Positions 51,695 through 62,953 of a DNA stretch of 64,000 nucleotides are shown here, in pieces (the first letter of the stretch is position 1; each line of letters begins with the position of its first letter). Origin of the DNA: Podarcis bocagei (lineage: Eukaryota); NCBI GenBank assembly GCA_964188305.1, contig OZ076890.1, one strand, 5' to 3'. The notes under the pieces are model-generated. The model saw nothing but the letters and a program-made list of their open reading frames with translations. It did no database searches and was not told the origin of the DNA. A program made the position numbers and the translations under genes.

Positions 51695-54411
51695 AGGAGT
51701 ACTGTTGCCCCATCAGTGTAGGCCATGGGAAAGCAATATGGCACCCTCCATGGGATTACAACTCCCATCAATCTTGACCATGAGCCATACTGGCTGGTCC
51801 TGATGCAGAGCAAGAATCCATCATCATCCGGACGTCACCCTGTTGGTTTCCCCTGGTTTAGAAAGCCTATACTGAGCTGGATGGATCAATATCCTGATTG
51901 GGTCTAAGGCATCATCCTGTGTTACTACCTGTATAGTGCTGTCAGTATGTAAGCTGGACCATTGTAAAGGAATGGCAGATTTCTTAATGATACCAGTAGC
52001 ATTTTCAGGCTCAAAACAAATTAGAAAATACACTTACAGCCACTTTGTTCCTGCAGTAATCTCTTCCCAGTTTGCAAATTTGGTCCCAGAGATTAGAAGC
52101 ACTGCTTCGGAAAGGGAAATGGATCAAATGTGATCTGTATGGTGCCCATCGCTAGGGGAAGATCTTTCGGCAATTTGTCATGCTTTGCTCTCCGGGCAGA
52201 ACAGACATATATCCCATCATGTGCAGTGTGGGAGATTTATGTGAAAGGATTTAGCTTTCTCCTCCTTTGCCTAGCAAGCTCAAAAATCAGTCATTCGGAT
52301 GAGATGTAAATTATTCATCTTGGGTCAGGCATTGTCAGAAATTGCCACTATTGTACACTGCAAGTTGCTCAGAACAAATTGCGCTCTCTTATTGAGAATT
52401 TAACACTCCCCCAAGAGAAATGATGCCATCATCATCATCATGCTTCCATGCCTCCCACCCACCTACCCACCCAAAATAACTCTAAAGAGTACTATCACCT
52501 TTGGACAATACAGAAGCACGGTGTAAAAGGCTCAGAGAAACAAAAGCAGAATACATTTGTCAAGTATACAGATTTCCATAGCATTAGATACTTGACAGCT
52601 TCAGCTTATTCAAAGCAAAGCAAGCCCATGTTTGATTTTATTTTATTTTTCTGCTGTGCTACGCTGGAAACTTAATGCTAAATCCAATATCAAGGAACAA
52701 AGTGCAGTCCCTTAGCTTCCGACATGTGAATTTCAAAGCCCATTTCTTAGCATCTGTGCTAAATACAGGGCTACAGTGTCAACATGTTTCCATCAGTTTT
52801 CCTGGACCTTTAATAGCTCCCTGGCTGACGTATGTGTTGCTGTGAAGCTTTTCCTGGCACAGATAAAAAGTGATCGGCAAAGCTTCACCCGCCAACCTAG
52901 GCCAACACTTCGCCAACAGGAATATTCTAAAAATGCTTGTGACATTTGTAGCATCGTTTTTATATAAAAAAACCCTCTGCTTAAACAAACATTTAAAATG
53001 TATTAAAACAGCTAGAAATCTATAGCAATGAGTGAGCCAACATTATAAAAGTAAAATGTGAAAACATGTTTGATAATCGGTCTCAGACTGTCAACGTATT
53101 TCATTAGGCTTGCTACTTCTTAGGAGTAATGCTAGCTTGACATGAGGCTATAAAGAATCAATGTTTATGGATACCTTTATTTACATCCATTTGTTAATAA
53201 TGATTAGTTTGTTTATTGAATTTGTGTCCCATCCTTCCTCGCAAAGGAGCCCAGGACAGCAGCGATCAAAATATTAAAGCAGCGCAATTTAAAATATTTT
53301 TTTAAAAATATATTAAAACACTTTAAAAGAATTTCATAACATTTCTAAAACCATCTAAAAACATTTAGAACATCTAAACACATTTGATATGTATCAGTTA
53401 ATGAGGTTTTTATGGGATTGCTTTGGATAAGAGACTCTCAACCCTTGCTTTGTACAATTTTTGGCTGTTGACATTTGTCCCTTCTTGTTCTGCAAAAATA
53501 AACATGTTAACAATAAAGATCACTTGACCTCTTTTCCTACACGGCTATCACCTCGGTGACAAATTCCCACCTCATGCAGTGAAATAAATCTGAATGTGTC
53601 TCTCAGCCAATTTCCCTCCCCTCCTCTCCTACACAGATATCCATTCAGGGGTGAACACTTCTTGTGTGAAAGCATAATGCTGCAGTCTGAGAGCTACCAG
53701 ATTGGGACTTGCCGTGTGTTTGAAAGAAATACCCATCATTTGAAAACAGGGTAGCTGCGGAGAACAAAACTGACAGCCCATTATTACGTACCACGCGACT
53801 TGCTTGAGAGCAAAATGTGTCTCATGCATAACCTTTTGCATGTCAGCCATCCTCATGAATGTCATCATTATTGCCATTTCACACATGGGGAACTGATACA
53901 GAAAGATGAGGCTTCAACCAAGGGCACCAGGTGAATGCACCATAACTTGGGCCCAAGCCTTCTCATTATGCCTCTAGTGCCAGAAAAGTATTTAGGGGAG
54001 TGCAACCGGTTCAGTTGCACTGAGTGCGAAATCTCAGGGGTGCAGCAGGAGACACTGCAACTAAGCTCTCAAATGGAGCATGAGAGGTAGGGAGTGGGGC
54101 TGGATTGGGTCGCTGAAATTTGAGACCCCATTGCTAGTGCTAAACCCAGCACCGATATCAGGATTTTTGGGGGGTGGGATAGAGGGATGTTTAGGCTCTC
54201 CTTGTCACCACCATTGCCATCTCTTGTCACCATTGCTGCCCTGTTGTTGTTTGCCAGGGACATAACCAGTAAGCAAGAAGCTGCTCACAGCAGATGTTGG
54301 TCCTCCTTTTCCCCATCATCACTCACTTGTTCTTCCCCACCCCTCAAACTAGAGGTGAGCAAACAGATTATAATAGTGAAAAGACAAAGCAGCAAAGCCA
54401 GGTGGTTCTCA

Positions 54412-54695
54412 TTTCATCGTTCAGCCCAGACATTGAGGGCCTTCTGGCAGTTCCCTCATTGCGAGAAGTGAGGTTACAGGGAACCAGGCAGAGGGCCTTC
54501 TTGGTAGTGGCACCCGCCCTGTGGAACACCCTCCCACCAGACGTCAAGGAAACAAACAACTGCCTGACTTTCAGAGGGCAGCCCTGGTGTTTTCATGTTT
54601 GATGTTTTACTGTGTTTAATTTGTTGGAAGCTGCCCAGAGTGGCTGGAGCAGCCCAGCCAGATGGGCAGCATATAAATAAATTATTGCCATTATT
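54412..54695 (+). mobile_element. L2-clade 3' end
   Basis: EGLLAVPSLREVRLQGTRQRAFLVVAPALWNTLP. Confidence 0.85.
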
Positions 54696-54716
54696 GCTCC
54701 TCTCGGCAGGTGCTCA

Positions 54717-54890
54717 ACCAGTGTGGTGTAGTGGTTAGAGAGTTGGTTTATGACCTGGGATGCCAGGGTTCAAATTCCCACTCAACTATGAAGCTCACTG
54801 GGTGACCTGGGGCAAATCGCCATCTTTCAGCCTAACCTGCCCCATTTTTGGAAGGGAGAGATGAGCGCTATGTATGCCATCTTGAGCTCT
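54717..54890 (+). mobile_element. Older Squam3/MIR-like tRNA SINE
   Basis: ccagtgtggtgtagtggttagag...gggttcaaattccc...aagctcactgggtgacctggggc. Confidence 0.7.
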
Positions 54891-54896
54891 TTAATA

Positions 54897-55122
54897 CAGT
54901 GGTACCTCGGGTTAAGAACTTAATTCATTCAGGAGGTCCGTTCTTAACCTAAAACTGTTCTTAACCTGAGGTACCACTTTAGCTGATGGGGCCCTCCCGC
55001 TACCGCCGCGCCGGCACCACATGATTTCTGTTCTCATCCTGAAGCAAAGTTTTTAACCCAAGGTACTATTTCTGGGTTAGCAGGTCTGTAACCTAAAGCG
55101 TCTGTAACCCGAGGTACCACTG
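54897..55122 (+). mobile_element. Tigger-like MITE family A, copy 6
   Basis: TA|CAGTGGTACCTCGGGTT...AACCCGAGGTACCACTG|TA. Confidence 0.92.
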
Positions 55123-56569
55123 TAACTATATAAACCACACAACCCCTGGAGACGCCAGCCTTGTCTGAACTGTAGTTTTAAGACACACAATTCCATAATT
55201 TGAACACCGCCTAAATTCATTTGCTTCACTTTTGTTTGTTTGTTTTTAAAAAAGATTGCCACACAACTTTATTGCAGCAGGTGACCACAAGCACCTAGGC
55301 ATTTTGGATATGCAAATTGCTCAGACTTTGGGCGAGGGAGAGGATTTGTGCTCTAATTTGGTGTGCTTCCTTTGTCGTTTCAGAAACAAAGGGAGCACTG
55401 TGATGATGTTGCAGTGTGCAAGGAGGCCAGTTTAAGTGAGTCACCCTGCTGGAACAGAACGCCAAAGCCACATTCCCCACCCCTTCCCAGACCCTGTTTT
55501 CATGGATAAGCTCCTGCGCAAATAAGAGAATGGAAAAGAGCCATTGTTTGTTTGAGATGGATAGGCCCACAAAGTGGCTCGCAATAAATAACATGCCTGG
55601 TCAGCAGCCCAGATAATCTAGGAGGGATTGTTTTCACAGCTTTGCCCCAAACGCCACTGCCGATGGCCTGTCACTCCCTGCAGAGCCTGAGAGCATGTGG
55701 CAAGCCAAGATACCAACCCCACAGTGTGCTTCACCTGCCATGCCAAATATTCACAGGGGTGGGAACAATAACACTCTGTGAAAACACTCATAAAACTTCA
55801 CTCACCACCTTTCCTTTCCAGCCAAAAAAAAAAAAACTTCCATGCTCAAACCACCAGAAGAGTTACCCAGCCATCTAATGACTAGAGACACTCCTCTGAA
55901 AACGGGTGTAGCTAAGCTTGCTGATGGGGCACAAGGAAGGAATTCAGTCCTTCACAGGCAGGGGGAAAGGGGAGAGAGAGAGAGGGGCAGAGAATATGGA
56001 GCCACAGCCCTCAAAGGTCTGTCTTAATCAGCCACAAAGCTGTTCCCACACAACACCTCGACTTGAGTCAGGGCCCGGTTGCAAAACAGCTGCGATGCAA
56101 TTATTAAGTCATCCTGACCACAGATCGTCTCAAAACCCGAGAGAGAGGAAGAAGCTGCGCTCCGATAGGATACACGGCAAAATGAACTCTGCATAACCTG
56201 AAGGAATAGCTGATCCTCCTTTTGTCCTCTCTTACTTGTTAAGCAAGGTGTGCGCACCCGCTCGGTTTGCTTCCATTAGATTTCACAATGCATCACAAGC
56301 AGTAGATTATCAGAAAACAGCTTCCTCCAGTAAGTTCTCAGGGGCCTCAAAAGATTACGTCGCGCCCTCCTGAGCTACAGGTGAGGTGTAGTCATGCTTT
56401 CCAACTCCTTTTGAGAAGGAAGAGCCTGTTAGGCTGTCATCTGCAATACCCTTCAACATTTCTCTGATGGAAATAACGACGTCCTATTCCATAATCATAA
56501 TAATGATTTTATTATATATGCCCCACCCATCTGACTGGGTTGCCCCAGCCACTCTGGGTGGCTTCCAAC

Positions 56570-56721
56570 ATACTGAATTTCTCTGTGTATAAGACTAGGT
56601 TTCCCCCCTCAAAAATAATGTCAAAAATTTGGGGGCGTCATATACATGGATACATCTCCCCCCATTTTCTTAAATTGGAGTCACCAAAAACAGGGGGCAT
56701 CTTATAGGCGGAAAAATATGG
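56570..56721. mobile_element. Tc1/mariner-like MITE (as 3728-3876)
   Basis: tgtgtataagactagg...ccccccattttcttaaattggagtc...ggaaaaatatgg. Confidence 0.65.
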
Positions 56722-56767
56722 GATATCAAAATATAATAAAACATTAAACATTTAAAACTTCCCCATA

Positions 56768-57012
56768 CAGTGGTACCTCGGGTTACATACGCTTCAGGTT
56801 ACATACACTTCAGGTTACAGACTCCGCTAACCCAGGAATAGTACCTCGGGTTAAGAACTTCGCTTCAGGATGAGAACAAAAATTGTGTTCCGCCGGCGGC
56901 GCAGCAGCAGGAGGAGGCCCCATTAGCTAAAGTGGTGCTTCAGGTTAAGAACAGTTTCAGGTTAAGAACGGACCTCTGGAATGAATTAAGTACTTAACCC
57001 GAGGTACCACTG
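56768..57012 (-). mobile_element. Tigger-like MITE family A, copy 7
   Basis: Perfect TIR CAGTGGTACCTCGGGTT with TA TSD. Confidence 0.93.
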
Positions 57013-57134
57013 TACAGGACTGCCTTCAGATGTCTTCTAAAGGTTGTATAGGTACTTACCTCCTTGGCCTAACTCCATAAGGTCCAACATTTCTCCAATG
57101 AAAATAGGGACATGATCTGGCCCAAATAGTTGTA

Positions 57135-57853
57135 CAGTGGTGCCTCGCAAGATGAAATTAATTCGTTCCGCAAGTCTCTTCGTCTTGCGGTTTTTTCGTC
57201 TTGCGATGCACGGTTTCCCATAGGAATGCATTGAAGATCAATTAATGCGTTCCTAGGGAAACCGCCTTCAGACCAGGTCCGGGGACAGTCTGTCCCCGGA
57301 CCTCTTCTGAAGGCTGGGGAGGGGGGGACAAGGGCTTTTCTTCCCACCCCCAGCATTTTAAAAAACCCCGGGACAGCGGAGGACTTCTCCCCTGTCCGGG
57401 CGATCTTAAAATGCTGGCGGGCGGCATTTTAAAATCGCCCCGGGACAGCAGAGGACTTCTCCGCTGTCCGGGGAGATTTAAAAGCCCCTGGGAAGGCAGG
57501 CAGGGGGGACAAAGACTTTTGCCCCCCGCCAGCCTTCAGAAGAGGTCCTGGACCTCTTCTGAAGGCGGGCGGGGGGCGAAAGTCTTTGCTCCCCCCGCCT
57601 GCCTTCAAAAGCCCTCCGGGGCAGGCAGGCAGGGGGGAGCAAAGACTTTCGCCCCCGCCCGCCTTCAGAAGGTGTTCCCGCCCCACCGCCCGGCTTCGGA
57701 GGAGGTCCGAGGACAGTGGGGAAGACGCGCTGCGAAGCAAGCCCATAGGGAAATTCGTCTTGCGAAGCGCCTCCAAAACGGAAAACCCTTTCGTCTAGCG
57801 GGGCGTCTTGCGTTTTCCGTCTTGCGAGGCATTCGTCTTGCGAGGTACCACTG
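57135..57853. mobile_element. Tigger-like MITE family B (long, GC-rich form)
   Basis: TA|CAGTGGTGCCTCGCAAGA...TCTTGCGAGGTACCACTG|TA; ends shared with 25332-25692; palindromic interior. Confidence 0.9.
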
Positions 57854-58777
57854 TATCTGTAGCAGCAGCTTGTAATGAAACATGGAGCCAAACATTATCA
57901 CCTGTTTGTTCTGTATTTTGAGCTTTTGTTAAAGGCACCAGAGTCCACCAGGCTAGTTTTCTTCCAGTCAGTTGGTAACCCTGCAATACACTGTGTTTAG
58001 GCACAGCTACCAGATTTAGTAACAGATGGGATTTTTATGCCAGCAATAATCACATGAAAACCTCTAGTAGCTGCTTTGTCTCCTGTAATAATGCCGTAGA
58101 GGCAGGGTGAATAGTGAGCCTATGAGACCCAAAATCCTGCACCTGCTGAATTTGGGGAAGGATTGGCCCTAAAAGGCAGAACAGAAATAACATCGCTAAT
58201 AAATAAATACAAAATGATAATTGCTATGAAGCTGCTAAAGGCACAAGAATCTGGCCAGGAAAATTTAAAAAGCAACTAAGGGAAAGTTCTGCCTGCCAAA
58301 ATTCTCTTTGATGCATCTCTATGCTCCATGTCTCTGATCCCCGCCCCCCCCACCCGCCCCCAGCTGCTCTTGGATGAACACTTTGTATTTTTTATTTATT
58401 TTATTTTATGGATTTTCTTAACTATTTTGTACTTTGCATTTTTATTATTGTAAAATTGCTTGGGATGCCTTGGGATGGGTGAAACGATATATGCATATTA
58501 TATTTATATAACAAGCAAACAGCTGCATGATTTGCAAATAAAAGTCAGTAGATGCAGATTTTTAAACATGGCGATGAAGCGACGGGAGTACACCTGGTGA
58601 GCTTCTGCCAATCTTGCAGCTTTTCAGGGCTGCATCATTCATCTTAGATAACGGAAAGTTAGGTGGTCAAGGATTCGACAGGGGTAACCCCGAAGAGAAC
58701 AGCCAAGCAGTGGGTAAGAGTGACCCCAACCCCTCTCTGAGTATTTTTTGTCTCTCCAACGTTTAAAAGGGCTAATG

Positions 58778-58866
58778 GTGCAATCCTAACCATGTCTGTT
58801 CAGAAGTAAGTCCTACTGAATTTAAGACTTACTCCCAGATAAGGGCAGGGGTTAAGTTTGCAACCT
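58778..58866. mobile_element. Short palindromic MITE (gcaatcct...gtaagtcc...gacttac type)
   Basis: Inverted halves; relics near 7012, 31790, 33548, 50120 and 60890. Confidence 0.55.
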
Positions 58867-58889
58867 AAGATGTGTGCATGGCAGCAGCT

Positions 58890-59170
58890 TCACAGACAAG
58901 GGCGCCATCTCATCCTCAAGAATGTGAGTGCCTGCCACCGCAACATGGATGTGCGATATCACGCCTGCACTGCCTCCATGTCTGAACCCCATCCCCACCC
59001 ACCCCCAGAAAAGGATGCCTTGCTGGCTGGCTGCGGAGGACAGAGCTGAACCGCTTCTCTCTCGAAGGCAACACAGTTGCCGCCTGCTGGCTTTTCTCAA
59101 TGACTTTGTGAGTGCCCAGCCCCCTTGTGGGTGTCCAGGCACCCATGGCCCCCTGGAGTTGGCTCCTATG
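58890..59170. mobile_element. Tip100-like MITE remnant
   Basis: Ends ggcacccatggccccctggagttggctcctatg. Confidence 0.45.
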
Positions 59171-59390
59171 TTCACAGAATAACCAGAGGAGCTATGAGTC
59201 TTCCGTCCATTATGGGGAAATGCAGCTGGGAGCAATGTTCAAGTAGAAGCTCACTCTGACATGTACTCTTTGTACCATTTGAAATGCTCTCTTTTTAAAG
59301 GCTGCTTATTTGCTTCGAGCAGAGACGTTATGGGTATACAGCATATGCCACAAATATAATGCATGCAGCAATCCAACGTACATGTGAAAG

Positions 59391-59817
59391 CACACCCTCC
59401 AACATTTCTCCAATGAAAATAGGGACATCCTATTCAACAACAAGGACACAGGTGGCACTGTGGGTTAAACCACAGAGCCTAGGATTTGCCGATCAGAAGG
59501 TCAGCGGTTCGAATCCCCACGACGGGGTGAGCTCCCATTGCTCGGTCCCTGCTCCTGCCAACCTAGCAGTTCGAAAGCCCGTCAAAGTGCAAATAGATAA
59601 ATAGGTATCGCTCTGGTGGGAAGGTAAACGGCATTTCCGTGCGCTGCTCTGGTTCGCCAGAAGCGGCTTAGTCATGCTGGCCACATGACCCGGAAGCTGT
59701 ATGCTGGGTTCCTTGGCCGATAAAACAAGATGATCGCCGCAGCCCCCGAGTCAGCCATGACTGGACCTAATGGTCAGGGGTCCCTTTACCTTTACCTTAT
59801 TCAACTACTACTACTAA

Positions 59818-59868
<51 letters not shown>

Positions 59869-60156
59869 AATACCCCATCCATCTGACTGTGTTGTCCCAG
59901 CCACTCTGGGTGGCTTCCAACATATATCAAAACATAATAAAACACTAAACATTAAACAACAACATTATATAGGGCTGCCTTCAGATGTCGTATAGTTACT
60001 TATCTACTTTGCTTGGGGGTCACATAACTCCATACCCTTCAACATTTCTCTGATGAAAATAAGGAAAGGCGCTACATTCCTGAATCAAATCAGAAACCAG
60101 GAGGCTTCTATAAATTCAGGGCCGTCCTTGGAAAATGGGAACACTTGGAGGGTCTG
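59391..60156 (+). mobile_element. Composite MITE with L2 tail, interrupted by a Sauria SINE
   Basis: cacaccctccaacatttc...cacttggagggtctg; flanking tgaaag at 59385-59390 and 60157-60162. Confidence 0.78.
59444..59797 (+). mobile_element. Sauria SINE, full length
   Basis: ggacacaggtggcactgtgggttaaacc head, B box ggttcgaatccc, (accttt)n tail; TSD tattcaacaacaa/tattcaactacta. Confidence 0.93.
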
Positions 60157-61872
60157 TGAAAGAGCAGGCATTCTTCTTTAGTATGTATCAGTAGTGCCAG
60201 AAGGGGGGGGTGGGGAGGGCCAGGTGCCCCCCTCTCTACGAGGAGCCTGCCCCCTCTACTCATCCACCCCAACAGTTGTTGGACTCCTGTCATTAACATA
60301 CGCTGTTACTTTTATTTCAGAGTTCTTCTCATGTGGGATACAACTCACTCACCTTGAAATATACTTTGCCCCTTCTGTTTCCCTCTCCTCCGATTTATTT
60401 TTTTCTGGTGCCACCACTGTTGGTGTGACCGGCTGGTCATTTTAAAATTGGCTGCCTGCTCCTTAGTCCCAAGGAAACCTCAGGCATATGTTCTGGTGTC
60501 TTTTTGCAAACCGGAATGCTAAGTGTTATCTAGCATTTGGGTACAGAAGAAACATGCTGTCTAGAATTGTTTCCCTTCAGTTCCATAGCATTCCTAATAC
60601 GCAGCTTTGATCTACATCTGCTTTCTTGCCTTTCGCAAAATTTTGATAGCAAAGAAGAAGAAGCAAGCATGCCTTGGGCCAACACCACACTGTATTTAGA
60701 AGCCAGTGCTCTCTCTTCGGGTCTTCCTGCCAAATGTCCACATAATCCCATAACGACAGTGTGGTGTGGGCACCGTGTAGGATTGCCTAGAGGGCTAAAA
60801 TGGGAGAGATGAAGGCTAGAAACATGGGACAAGATCCAGCTCCAGTTCTGCAGTTTTAAGGCCCCATTAATTTAAATGGGATTTAAGCTGCCATTCTGTA
60901 CTCAATTACCTGGGAGTAAGCACCCTTGAACTCAGTGGGATTTGCTTTTAAGTTTAAGTTTTCCTCATATTTGTTTTTTAACAAAAACTGAGATGTTTGA
61001 AGATTCTGAATTAATTCTGCACCCCATACCAAATTCTTCATGCAAGAAATTCACACAGCTCTACCTATACTGTTTGATCACATATGTGATGCTTTGGTGT
61101 CCCAAAATGGGAAATATTGATATTCACCGATGATCCTTCTATGGGTGATTGTCAACACCCAGTTGAACAAGAAGGGGGGGGGGATACCCTTCAATTTAGC
61201 CAATGTTAAAAATCTCCTGATTCCTTACATTGACAATAGCATCCATTTCCCTTATAGCCTAGGAATCAGCGAATTACACTGCCTTCATATTTCTTATGAT
61301 CAAGTATGTCTCATCAACATATGAGTACCGGCACCTCATTTTTTACTAAAGGAAATAAAAGCACTGTCCTTAATTATGGGCAAGTTAAAAACAAGCACAT
61401 ACAAAATGAGGTGGAATGAACAAAAAGCTGAGAACCATCTTGTGATTATTTACGCAGCTTGCCTGTAATTACGTAGGTCTTTCCTTCTCCTAGCCCTGAT
61501 GAGTCTTCACCGGTCCTTGGGTACTGTTTGTTATTATCAACCAGCACAATGAGAGAGGCCTGTTTTCAGTTGGCACCTTAGCAGTTGCTACTGCTAATAG
61601 GTCTTGTAGAGAAGCCGTATTTCAGTGCACGGTGCAACAGAAAATGAGAGGAACAGTTTGCTTTCATCCCTTCCGTTATAGAGCATAAGAAATGTCACTG
61701 TATATTCTTAGCAAGTTACAAATTATTATAAGGGTTTGTCCACACCTGAGTTCCATGTGTATTTGAAACTCTTTGTGTTCTCATTTAATTTCATCATCCG
61801 CATGATGCCCTCCTCAAACAACTCCTAATCTGCTGATTTTCCCCCATGCAAATTTGTATCTCCCTTATTTCA

Positions 61873-62195
61873 GTTGGATGGCGTCTTGTACGCCTCCTTT
61901 CAGCAACTCCTGCAGCCAAGCTGGTGCCAAACGTCTTGCTCTGCTTTCCTTTGGACCATATCAGCAAGGCCAAGAGCAGGGTCTGGTCATCTGGGCAGCC
62001 CAGGACCTCCGGACACACTGTCCAGGCTTGTGTCCCGGGGGTGTTACTTCAGTGCTGCAAACACAGCGGTTTGCTCTTACCTTTGTAGGCTTGCACTCCC
62101 AGGAGGTCATTTCAGGGCTGCTAATGCAACTTTTTGACTTCACCCTCAGAGGCACACTCCATCGCCTCGCAAGACAGACAGGTGCCAACAACAAC
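61873..62195 (+). mobile_element. Non-autonomous RTE-derived element (RTE-like 3' end)
   Basis: Ends cactccatcgcctcgcaagacagacaggtgcc(aac)n, an RTE-type 3' stem-loop and tail; body resembles an RTE 5'UTR. Confidence 0.6.
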
Positions 62196-62271
62196 AGATT
62201 GAGAGTTAATCTGCTAGGTTTTGAAAAATGGGACCTCAAACTTCTCTGTTCAAGACTGTGATCACACTGCC

Positions 62272-62272
62272 T

Positions 62273-62324
<52 letters not shown>

Positions 62325-62326
62325 TC
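62272..62326. repeat. (TTTC)n microsatellite
   Basis: Direct reading. Confidence 0.97.
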
Positions 62327-62953
62327 CTTGTAGGTGGATCAAGTGTCCAATTTCGCTACTCCCCTTTCCATGCTCCCTATTTGGGGTCTCAGACCCAACA
62401 CCTATACCCCAGCACCAATTCTGTTCCAGCAGGGGTAGTGCCTATTTCTGGTCAGTTTCATATCCATGTGTTTTGTTTTGTTTTAATTTTAAAACATCAA
62501 CCAGATTTGTGTAACAACAGAACACCATGATTTATCCAGATCTCCATACATCATTTTCTTCTATTTATTTTACTATTTATAACTGTATTGCTTTCTCCCA
62601 TCTTCCTGTCTTGGAAAGAGAAATGCCTGTCCTTTTAGAAATGAATATAAAGTGTGGGCATCTAAAGCTTGCATTGGATTGGGAATTCCCAGAAGTCTGC
62701 AACTGCAATTCCAGGGTGGACCTCTTTTTTTAACGTGCGCACACTCCCCAGCTAATTCCTGTGCGCATAACCCATTTGTGCAAAATTAACACATTCCACC
62801 GAACAAATTGGAAGGTGTGGACAAAGAGAAAAGGGAATGCCTGCTGGTAGGGATGGGATAAGCATCTGCAGATGTGCGTGTGCATGTGTGGACTAATTGG
62901 GTCCTCCCTTAAAGAGGGCACGTATTGCAGTGAGACCTGGAAAACTGACACCC

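Larger units (their letters stand above)
56445..57113 (+). mobile_element. Composite MITE with L2 tail, interrupted by two further MITEs
   Basis: atacccttcaacatttctc start, reverse L2 tail, second ccaacatttctccaatgaaaatagggac block. Confidence 0.7.

Noticed and set aside
57411-57901. Cluster of long overlapping GC-rich ORFs as a gene or CpG-island promoter
   Set aside because: Almost entirely within a TA-flanked MITE; stop-codon scarcity is explained by GC-rich repeats
61990-62135. HDV-like ribozyme in the RTE-derived element
   Set aside because: A GCTAA motif is present, but I could not assign P2, P3 or P1.1 pairings
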